Below are positions 1 through 11,260 of a DNA stretch of 64,000 nucleotides, in pieces. The stretch is from Octopus sinensis (Eukaryota): positions 186,001 to 250,000 of the forward strand of contig NC_043012.1 in the NCBI RefSeq assembly GCF_006345805.1, given 5' to 3'. The notes under the pieces were generated by a model that searched no databases, was not told the DNA's origin, and was given only the letters and a program-made list of their open reading frames with translations. The translations under genes and the position numbers were made by a program. The first letter of the stretch is position 1. Every line of letters begins with the position of its first letter.

Positions 1-208
1 ATAAAAACACAGGTGAGTTCAAAACTCAAAGCAGCTATTTCGACTACATTTTATTGAATGCATCAGTAAAATGCTACCGAAACAGCTGTTGAGAATTTTG
101 AATTCGGCTAGTATTCTCTTATACACATAGAACCATCCTTTGGTTGCATCTATAGTTTATACTGGACTGGGATCCTATGTATATATGCATCCGTCTATAT
201 GTGTTCAC

Positions 209-227
209 ATAGATAGATAGATAGATG

Positions 228-326
<99 letters not shown>

Positions 327-327
327 G
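209..327. repeat. (GATA)n microsatellite
   Basis: Direct tandem AGAT units. Similar tracts at ~16323-16403, 35164-35227, 38282-38445 and 59885-59990. Confidence 0.97.
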
Positions 328-486
328 TTGCGTGCATACAACATACAACCAACAAACTACAACATTAAGCAGCTCCAACATATAGTGAGCCCAGCCTATT
401 CTGACATCCTTACAAGTTGAAATAGCTCGAACACATACACACACACATATTCAAATATATGTATGTATGTGTATGTATATATATAT

Positions 487-980
<494 letters not shown>

Positions 981-1352
981 TATAACTGTGTATGTATATA
1001 TATGCCGTGCGTAATGTCTATATACTTTACCAATAGCAAATCAAGTAAAATATAAGGACATCATGAATTACCGGTATCGACAAAGGGTAATACACTCATA
1101 CATATATCTTGCAAACAACTTGCACATGCAAGTGCTACCAGTTAAAAGCTCCCTATATCGGAAGCTAGCAAGTGTATGGGGTCATCAGGAGAGAATGCGC
1201 ACCGTTTCGGGGCCTACCTCTCGACGGCATCAATGCGCACCGGCCCCCCTCACTGATATGAGGCCCCGCTTGCTAGATCAGCTGGTTATGAAGAACTCAA
1301 TATACTTCTAGCCATCGCTCATCGTCTCTTTTTAACCAAATCCAGTATACGT

Positions 1353-1399
<47 letters not shown>

Positions 1400-1449
1400 A
1401 GTAAACACGCACACGCACATACATACACCCATACATACATATATATATA

Positions 1450-1594
1450 GCTAATCCAAACATGAACAAGCAAGAAAAAACGACAACGCGAGGATGTAGA
1501 ATAAGTACAGTGTTATTGGACGGTCAGCAAAGGAAAGAAAAGAAAGAAGACTTCACGTTTCGAGCGGAGCTCTTCCTCAGAAATATAGAAAAAG

Positions 1595-1598
<4 letters not shown>
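1450..1598 (-). mobile_element. Short dispersed element, hammerhead-like family 2
   Basis: Minus strand 1580-1549 reads CTGAGGA-a-gagc-tcc-gctc-GAAA-cgtgaagtc, followed by a T-rich tail ending gtttggattag. Homologous to 2380-2580, 26119-26320 and 8060-8140. Confidence 0.6.
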
Positions 1599-1642
<44 letters not shown>

Positions 1643-2153
1643 GTAACATACACACGCATACCTACATACTAATAAGTGTAACTGTGCGTGTATATATCAG
1701 TGTATATTCACGCATACTATATCTGCACTTACAAACACACGATGTTTGGAAAATAACAAAATAAAAACGAAAATAAATTAAAGGAAACTAAAAGTGTTAG
1801 GCAGGAGGTCATAGGCAGAATGCGTAAAAATAGAAACAGTTAGAAATGATTTTGTAAAAGTCAAGTCAAAGAAGCCCGATCAATGAAGAGATTTGATGTT
1901 TATTGTAAACTGTATAAAGATACTTTTGGGGGTTTTACACTTGACATCACATCGACAATGCTAGGGCATGATGGCATGAATGATCACCGCTTATAATGTG
2001 TGAGGTGGAGGTTAATCTCTTCCCCTCTCTCTCTCTCTCGCTCGCTCCCTCTACGACACTCTCTCCCCCCTCTCTCTCTCTGTCTCTCTCTCTCTCTACC
2101 GTTCTTTCCATTACTGTTTCGATATACGTGAATGGATCATGTTTTTATTTTGA

Positions 2154-2220
<67 letters not shown>

Positions 2221-2340
2221 GTGTATGTATGTATTTGCATATCGTAAGCAATAGTCATAAAAGACAGGTATGTGTACATATATATACGTATGCATATACA
2301 TGCATGCATATGTACAATGAATGTATATTATATATACATG

Positions 2341-2379
<39 letters not shown>

Positions 2380-2380
<1 letters not shown>

Positions 2381-2580
2381 TTAATCCAAAACAAGAAAGC
2401 ACAAAAAACACAACAACGCGAGGACGTGGAACAAATATAGTATTATTGGACGCTCAGGAAAGAAGGAAAGAAGGGGGGTTTAACGTTTCGAGCGGAGCTC
2501 TTCGCCGGAAACATAGGAGAAGGAAAGATCCAGAGAAGGGAAGACAGAGGGAAAAAATCGCCAACGGTACACACGAGGTC
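2380..2580 (-). mobile_element. Short dispersed element, hammerhead-like family 2
   Basis: Minus strand gttt-CCGGCGA-a-gagc-tcc-gctc-GAAA-cgtt-aaac (core 2508-2481), same tail as 1450-1598, embedded in TA-rich microsatellite. Confidence 0.6.
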
Positions 2581-2715
2581 ATACGTATATATGTATACAT
2601 ATATACATATATATGAATATATATACAATATACAATATCTATACACAATATGCAATATCTGTACACTACTCCTAAGACTCTATACATAAATATATATATA
2701 TATATATATTTGCTC

Positions 2716-3152
2716 ACACGTGACCATTGTCCATCTTTCTTTTCCTGTACAGACGTTTAAAAGAACGGATGTGTTTGTTTTCCGCTATCTCTCTCTCTCT
2801 CTCTCTCTCTCCTCTATCTTTTCTCTTTTCAAAGAAAGTTTCTCGCAGCTTTCACTATTTTCCTCTCGTTATGATCTAACACTCTCCATATTTGTGTTCG
2901 CTTGGTTCCCTGTTATGTTTCCACTGTCGTGTTTTTGTTCCCAACTTTCACTATCCGTAAATCCTAAATTTTATCTGTGGGAGCATCTCTCTTTGAAGAC
3001 TCATATTGTCATTGAATGCTCGAAATGAGGAGTAGACAGTCCTTTCTCTGTTTACTCGTCCTGTTTTCCATTTTTTTCTCGTTGTCTACGTATTTAACAG
3101 GTCTGTTTCTACGTATTTCCTGTTATTTTCACCGTGGGTGACATCCTGTGCT
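2716..3152 (+). mobile_element. Dispersed ~440 bp non-coding repeat (pseudo-LTR-like), copy 1
   Basis: Shares cacgtgaccat...aatgctcgaaat...tttccatt...cctgtgc with 37060-37480 (+) and 44995-45432 (-). All three are flanked by TA/CA microsatellites. Confidence 0.55.
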
Positions 3153-3175
3153 CATATATATATATATACATGTAT

Positions 3176-3208
<33 letters not shown>

Positions 3209-3379
3209 TATATATACATGTATATATGTATGTATATATAGATACATGTTGGCCTGCTCGCTTAGCCAGCGGGGTGGCGTCGTTTGAAGGCTAAAACAAT
3301 GCGAAGTGCATTGTGACCAGCGATGTGTAGCAACATCTGAGAGCATGGTCGGTCACGGTGATCACAGTGATATATAGAT

Positions 3380-3435
<56 letters not shown>

Positions 3436-3954
3436 TAAATGGATATCTTGCACACATCTAAATTATATGCACTCTCACACACATACACACGTATACATAT
3501 AATTTTTATCTTTTGCTTGCTTCAGACATTGGACTGCGACCATGATGGGGCATTGCCATGAATTTTTTTATTCGAACAAATCTACCCTAATTCTTATATT
3601 TTGAAATACGGTACTTATTCTATGGGACCTTCTCTTATGCGAAAGCTATCTTGAATGCTTGACATGGCGGATTGCAATAAATGAGGCCAGTGAATTTACT
3701 GTCAAGAAAGAATGATGCCTTTAATCCTACAGTTGTATGCTGCAACTCCTGATAAAATTTGCATAATGTCCCTGTATAATATGCAAAATTCTCAAGTTGT
3801 CAATATGTGCTGTTGTGATGGTTAAGTTACTCATTTAATTAAAATACCGTCTCATCACTCCAAAGAATCTTTGTTGGAAAGCTGGCATCTTTCCAAGTTC
3901 CACTCGCAAAACTCCCCTTTTCGGTTCAGATCATATTTATTGAGAACATAGATC

Positions 3955-4230
3955 AGTGTTTCTCAACCATTCTTTGCCTATGAATTTTTGCTCAACCATT
4001 TTTTGCTTTGATCTTTAATTTAGTTTATAAGACATTCATAGCTATTTGTTGTTTTAAAAGATCCCAATATATTTTTTTATAATCAAGTATTATTAGCAAT
4101 TGCATAAAAAATTGTAAAAATACCTTGTGTATTGTAGAAATGCAGTCAACTTATTGCACCTGAATTTTAATAACAGAAACTAGTATGGACCCCCAAGGTT
4201 CATATGGATAGCCGTTCAAAATTATCTTTG
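3955..4230. mobile_element. Decayed hAT/Charlie-like MITE
   Basis: Starts cagtgtttctcaacc, resembling Charlie-type TIRs (CAGTGGTTCTCAAC). The right end is very degenerate. Confidence 0.35.
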
Positions 4231-4632
4231 ATTTTAGCGGTGAATATGGATCTGTCTGCAACTCCTTCCTAAAGTATCTTTCCTCTTCGACTGCGTTTTC
4301 AAACTTCCCGTGGCACTTTAGAATAAATTTCCTTTGCTCTAATTATAGTCTAGCTCCCTTCATTATTAAATTTGTGCAACCAGCAGTTAAAAGATGTGTA
4401 CATTTTCGGCGAACATATAGCACGCATGTGCATACATATTTCAGATTACAATACACTAAGCATCGATTAATCTGCATAAAATCTAAATCGAACACTTTTT
4501 CTTGAACATGCAACTTGAGAGAAATTACATGACGTTGTGCGAGAAATGATTAGTTCATGATCGCCAAATCGCAAATTCAATCCCATCAACTCGCTTCCTT
4601 TCCTATCTAATCAATTCAGCTTCAGTACGTAC

Positions 4633-4739
4633 CAGCGGAGTACTGAATTAGCCTTCTCTCCCTCCAGCTCTTCCACTGGGATGCTCCGAGGACAGAAACG
4701 CTGAGAGACTTTCTACGTCTACTCATGACTGTAAAGCAC
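4633..4739 (-). CDS. Candidate internal or first coding exon of an unidentified host gene (107 nt)
   Basis: Non-repetitive, GC-richer island bounded on the minus strand by acceptor ttgttttag|G and donor CTG|gtacgt. Only one frame is open: CFTVMSRRRKSLSVSVLGASQWKSWRERRLIQYSA. Confidence 0.5.
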
Positions 4740-4775
4740 CTAAAACAATTAACGAAAGCACAGTGCACACACACA

Positions 4776-4842
<67 letters not shown>

Positions 4843-5051
4843 ACACACACATTCATATGCATACTGTTCTTTCCAAACACAAATAATATTGGACAAAGCG
4901 ATTGACGGATGGCTGTAATGTAGTATTTATTTGAGATTTTCTGTATTAAGTTTAATTTAAATTCATTTGACTTGAAACTCTTTCAATTTTGTTGTCAAAC
5001 CTTTCCATATAGAGAAAAAAAAACCCCAAAGAATATACAAATCAAAACAAA

Positions 5052-5467
5052 GCGCAGGAATGGCTGTGTGGTAAGTAGCTCGCTAACCAACCACATGGTT
5101 CTGGGTTCAGTCCCACTGCGTGGCATCTTGGGCAAGTGTCTTCTGCTATAGCCCCGGGCCGACCAATGCCTTGTGAGTGGATTTGGTAGACGGAAACTGA
5201 AAGAAGCCTGTCGTATATATATATATATAAGTGTGTGTGTGTATATGTTTGTGTGTCTGTGTTTGTCCCCCCAGCATTGCTTGACAACCGATGCTGGTGT
5301 GTTTACGTCCCCGTCACTTAGCGTTTCGGCAAAAGTGACCGATAGATAAGTACTGGGCTTACAAAGAATAAGTCCCGGGGTCGATTTGCTCGATTAAAGG
5401 TGGTGCTCCAGCATGGCCGCAGTCAAATGACTGAAACAAGTAAAAGAGTAAAAAAGAGTAAAGAGTA
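5052..5467 (+). mobile_element. tRNA-derived SINE type A (~410 bp, CORE-like segment, internal TA/TG microsatellite, (AAGAGTA)n tail)
   Basis: Pol III A box tggctgtgtgg and B box gggttcagtccc; gcgtggcatcttgggcaagtg resembles the CORE domain; many copies in the window. Confidence 0.9.
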
Positions 5468-6488
5468 AGAAAGGTTTCTCGCTTTGTTTGGTTTTTTTTT
5501 CTTTGTTTTTTCTTCCAACAAATATTTTTGTAATAACCTGACGAGTACAGAATGCGGAACAAAAACAAAATGAAAACAACAAACTATACATACATACTTA
5601 AAAATACACACAGGCAGAGACGCATACACTCACATGGCCACTAAGGGGACAATGTGTTCATAACAAGGTAAAACAGTCTAAATAGATTCGGGAAGAGGTA
5701 AATAATTGCAAAGGGCTGACGGGAAGGAAAACACCAGAAAATACCTGTAAATACAAGGTTCATGTGAAAGGTTGAGGGCCTCGCTATCCTTCGCTGATTT
5801 ACCTTCATTGAATAGGGGCCATCCTGGGTTAGGGGTACTCTAGTAGCTCTTCATTTACATTCTACTGCTTGAGTAAATTCACTTCAACCCTTACAAAAAA
5901 AAGTGTGTGTGGGTGGCGAATAATGTAAACGAATGCCCCCTATTTCCCTACTCATTCTCGTCGTCTTCTTGTGTGTATGAATGTATGTATGTAAGCATAT
6001 ATATATATACATACGTGTTTGTAATGTGTGTTCGTGTGTATTTATGCGTGCATGGACGTAGGTAGGTTCATTTATATAATTTTATCTATCTCTTCGGTTG
6101 TATGTATGTATGCGTGTCTGAATATCAATACACATATGTACAAGCAGACACTCATTCTCATACATATTCGCGGACACACGGACACACACAGACACACACA
6201 CACACACCACACACACACACACACCACACACACACACAACACACACACACACACCACACACACACACACACACATACACACACACACATTCATATGCATA
6301 CTGTTCTTTCCAAACACAAATAATATTGGACAAAGCGATTGACGGATGGCTGTAATGTAGTATTTATTTGAGATTTTCTGTATTAAGTTTAATTTAAATT
6401 CATTTGACTTGAAACTCTTTCAATTTTGTTGTCAAACCTTTCCATATAGAGAAAAAAAACCCCAAAGAATATACAAATCAAAACAAAG

Positions 6489-6905
6489 CGCAGGAATGGC
6501 TGTGTGGTAAGTAGCTCGCTAACCAACCACATGGTTCTGGGTTCAGTCCCACTGCGTGGCATCTTGGGCAAGTGTCTTCTGCTATAGCCCCGGGCCGACC
6601 AATGCCTTGTGAGTGGATTTGGTAGACGGAAACTGAAAGAAGCCTGTCGTATATATATATATATAAGTGTGTGTGTGTATATGTTTGTGTGTCTGTGTTT
6701 GTCCCCCCAGCATTGCTTGACAACCGATGCTGGTGTGTTTACGTCCCCGTCACTTAGCGTTTCGGCAAAAGTGACCGATAGAATAAGTACTGGGCTTACA
6801 AAGAATAAGTCCCGGGGTCGATTTGCTCGATTAAAGGTGGTGCTCCAGCATGGCCGCAGTCAAATGACTGAAACAAGTAAAAGAGTAAAAAAGAGTAAAG
6901 AGTAA
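6489..6905 (+). mobile_element. SINE type A (duplicate of 5052-5467)
   Basis: Essentially identical to the copy in the first duplication unit. Confidence 0.9.
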
Positions 6906-7652
6906 GAAAGGTTTCTCGCTTTGTTTGGTTTTTTTTTCTTTGTTTTTTCTTCCAACAAATATTTTTGTAATAACCTGACGAGTACAGAATGCGGAACAAA
7001 AACAAAATGAAAACAACAAACTATACATACATACTTAAAAATACACACAGGCAGAGACGCATACACTCACATGGCCACTAAGGGGACAATGTGTTCATAA
7101 CAAGGTAAAACAGTCTAAATAGATTCGGGAAGAGGTAAATAATTGCAAAGGGCTGACGGGAAGGAAAACACCAGAAAATACCTGTAAATACAAGGTTCAT
7201 GTGAAAGGTTGAGGGCCTCGCTATCCTTCGCTGATTTACCTTCATTGAATAGGGGCCATCCTGGGTTAGGGGTACTCTAGTAGCTCTTCATTTACATTCT
7301 ACTGCTTGAGTAAATTCACTTCAACCCTTACAAAAAAAAGTGTGTGTGGGTGGCGAATAATGTAAACGAATGCCCCCTATTTCCCTACTCATTCTCGTCG
7401 TCTTCTTGTGTGTATGAATGTATGTATGTAAGCATATATATATATACATACGTGTTTGTAAATGTGTGTTCGTGTGTATTTATGCGTGCATGGACGTAGG
7501 TAGGTTCATTTATATAATTTTATCTATCTCTTCGGTTGTATGTATGTATGCGTGTCTGAATATCAATACACATATGTACAAGCAGACACTCATTCTCATA
7601 CATATTCGCGGACACACGGACACACACAGACACACAGACACACACACACACA

Positions 7653-7683
<31 letters not shown>

Positions 7684-7809
7684 CATAAATAAATATATAT
7701 ATATACATACCTACAAGTACATGCATACATGTGTGCATGTATGTGCGTAAGTGTGTGTATTCTTAAATATGTATATATATACACACATATACATACATGT
7801 AAATATATG

Positions 7810-7867
<58 letters not shown>

Positions 7868-7988
7868 GAAAAATACAAATTGGGACAAGAAGGTAAAACA
7901 TTTAGAAGACGATACAAAAAACACGGACGGGACATTCGAAGCCTTCAATCTTCAGTCGAGAACCGGATCTTCCTAGCAATTTCGGCTG

Positions 7989-8063
<75 letters not shown>

Positions 8064-8140
8064 TAATCCAAACGGGAAAACAGAAAAAACAACAACACAT
8101 GGAACAATTACAGTATTATTATTATTAGGCGCTCAGGATA

Positions 8141-8341
8141 TTCTTTAACTTGTTTCAGTCATGTGGCTGCGGCCATGATGGAGCACCGCCTTCAGGGGAA
8201 CAAAGCAACCAGAGGACTTATTCTTTATAAGCCTAGTATTTATTCTATCGGTCTCCTTTGATGAACTGCTAAGTTACGGAGACGCAAACACACTAACATC
8301 AGTTGTCAAGTGATGGCGGGGGAACAAACACAAACACACAA

Positions 8342-8420
<79 letters not shown>

Positions 8421-8440
8421 TATGTATATATATATATAGT

Positions 8441-8514
<74 letters not shown>

Positions 8515-8690
8515 GTATATGTATATACGGCGGGCTTCTTTCCGTTTCCGTCAACCAAATTCATTCACAAGGCTTTGGTCGGCCCGAGGCTATAGTTGAA
8601 GACACTTGCCTAAGGTTCCACGCAGTTGGACTGAACCCATATTCAGGTGGTTGGGAACCAAGCTTCTTACCCCACAGCCAGGTCTGTATA
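8141..8690 (-). mobile_element. SINE type A, diverged, with expanded internal (TA)n
   Basis: Reverse-complement match to type A on both sides of a ~190 bp microsatellite. Confidence 0.85.
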
Positions 8691-8899
8691 TAAACATGTA
8701 TATGAGCATTTACTGTTTTAATATTTAGAATGCCGCCATACTGGAGTACAGCATTGAGGAAATTTTAGTCGTCTCAGTACTTTTTTTTTAACCTAATACT
8801 TATTCTATCGTTCTCATTTACAAAACTGCTAGGTAACGGAGTCGTAAACACACCAACACCGGTTGTCAATCGGTGGCGGGCGACAAACACAAATACACC

Positions 8900-8953
8900 A
8901 TTATTATCATCATCATTATTATTATTATTATTTTCATTATTATTATTATTATA

Positions 8954-8985
<32 letters not shown>

Positions 8986-9002
8986 TATTATTATTATTAT
9001 TA

Positions 9003-9040
<38 letters not shown>

Positions 9041-9096
9041 TTCATTATTATTATTATTATTATTATATTATTATTATATTATTATTATTATTATTA

Positions 9097-9132
<36 letters not shown>

Positions 9133-9175
9133 TTTCATTATTATTATTATTATATTATTATTATTATTATTATTA

Positions 9176-9226
<51 letters not shown>

Positions 9227-9227
9227 T

Positions 9228-9259
<32 letters not shown>

Positions 9260-9260
9260 T

Positions 9261-9292
<32 letters not shown>

Positions 9293-9293
9293 T

Positions 9294-9380
<87 letters not shown>

Positions 9381-9395
9381 ATTATTATTATTTTA

Positions 9396-9438
<43 letters not shown>

Positions 9439-9490
9439 TATTATTATGATTATTATTATTATTATTATTATCATTATTATTATTATTATT
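8900..9490. repeat. (ATT)n microsatellite, ~590 bp
   Basis: Direct observation. Further ATT/ATC tracts at 25176-25370 and 27840-28023. Confidence 0.97.
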
Positions 9491-9491
9491 A

Positions 9492-11260
9492 AGGCGGTGG
9501 GCTGGCCGAATCTTTAGCACGCCGGGCAAAATGCTTCGCGGCATTTTGTCAATCCTTACGTTCCGAGTTCAAATTCCGCCGGGATCGATTTTGCTTTTAA
9601 TCCTTTCGGGACGATGAAATAAGTACAACCGTGCGCCTTTAGTAGAAAGGATTATTAAAGTAGCGAAATACCAGAATCGTGAGCACGATGGCTAAAATGC
9701 TTAGTGGTATTTCGTCTGCCGCAACGTTCTGAGTTCAAATTTTGCCGAGATCGACTTTGCCTTTTGTGGTCGATAAATCAAATACCAGTTGAGAATTAGG
9801 GTCGATGTAATCGACTATCCCCCTCCCCCAAATTTCAGGACTAGTATCTATAGTAGAAAGGATTATTATTATTATTATTATTATTGTTGTTGTTGTTGTT
9901 GTTGTTGTGGTTTTTTCATTGTTGATTTTATTATTATTATTATTGTTATGGTGTCACCGAAGACTTTTCTAGCTTTCATTCCGTCCCTTCTGTACCATAA
10001 CTACATCGTTTTACCACTGAAGTCAACAGAGAAATCTCTTTATGAACGCCGAGAATTCTGAAAATATAGTCAATTCCCCTGAAATCCCGTTGCAGAGCCT
10101 TAAAAAGCCTTGAAAATGACACGATAATGTAATCTAAGATAAACTATGCTCACATAAAAATTTAGATGAACACACTTGGAATACCTGCAATCTCAGTTCC
10201 GCTCGGTCAGTAACAAGGACAACCATAATTCAATCACTGCTAGGCTCACACTCTCACGCTAACGTTGTTATTCTATTACCCCTACGCTATCACCACTACG
10301 CTATCACCACTACGCTATCACCACTACGCTATCACCACTATGGCATAATTGCAACGGCGCAATCAGGGAAAAATGACGCCATCTTGAACTATGAATATAC
10401 AAAATATTTAATATTTGGCATAAAATGAGTAATATTTTGTTTAAATAGGCGGCGAGTTGGTAGAAGCGTTAGCACGCCGGGTGACACGTTTAGCAGTAAT
10501 TCGTCTGTCTTCACGATCAGAGTTCAAATACTGCCGGGGTCTACTTTCGGGGTGGGTAAATTACGTACCAGCTGCGCTCTGGGGTCGTTCTAATCGATTG
10601 GAACCCCTTCCCAAAAATTTTGGGCGTTGTGCCTAGGGTAAAAAAGAATATTTTGCATAGCCAGAGTAATATTTTGTTTGAATAGGCGGCGAGTTGGTAG
10701 AAACGTTAACACGGCGAGCAACATGTTTAGCGGTATTTCGTCTGTTTTCATCTTTTCGGGGTCGATAAATTAAGTACCAGTTACGCACTGGGGTCGATGT
10801 AATCGATTTAATCTCTTCCCCCAAACTTGAGGCCCTATGAATAAATTAAATATTTAGTCCTGAAACAATTGTTAGCACGCCGGACGAAATGCTAAGCGGC
10901 ATTTCTCCCGGCTCTGCGTTCTGAGTTCAACTACCGCTAAGGCCGCCTTAACCCTTGATCTCTTCGAGTTCGATAAATTAGGGTAGCTGTCAAGTACGTG
11001 GGTTGATGTATTTGACTTACTCCCTCCCGCCAAAATTCCAGGCCTTCTACCTATGATAGATTATTGTTTTTGGAGAGCTGGCAGATTCTTTGGCGCGTCG
11101 GACGAAATGTTTAGCAGCATTTCTTCTGGCTTTTTATTTTCTGAATTCAAATGCCACCGAGGTAAACTTTACCTTTCGTTCCTTCGGAGTCTATAAAACA
11201 TATTACCAGTCAATTACTTGGATCGACATACTCACTCACTAAAACATTTCTAGCCTTATG
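9492..11260 (+). mobile_element. Cluster of about six diverged SINE type B copies (9492-9860 and 10448-11260)
   Basis: Repeated ggcggcgag.tgg.agaa...ttagcacgccgg...gagttcaaat...cggggtcgataaattaagtaccag motifs. Confidence 0.85.
10282..10340. repeat. 14-mer minisatellite (ctacgctatcacca) x4
   Basis: Direct observation; no spacers. Confidence 0.95.

Larger units (their letters stand above)
4851..7685. repeat. Tandem duplication, unit ~1437 bp (4851-6287 and 6288-~7685)
   Basis: attcatatgcatactgttc occurs at 4851 and 6288, and identical ORF translations recur at a ~1437 offset in the ORF track. Breakpoints lie in (CA)n tracts. Confidence 0.95.

Noticed and set aside
1-18. Plus-strand donor CAG|gtgagt at the window start
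   Set aside because: No upstream context is available to evaluate an exon.
5042-5287. Recurrent MSSNAGGTNTDTQ... ORFs suggesting a multigene family
   Set aside because: These are antisense readings of SINE type A.
9950-10057. Possible minus-strand exon after tattttcag
   Set aside because: Stops in all three frames and no convincing donor; it could be UTR but cannot be supported.
10282-10340. CRISPR-like short repeats
   Set aside because: Spacer-less 14-mer tandem repeat in a eukaryotic context with no cas genes.
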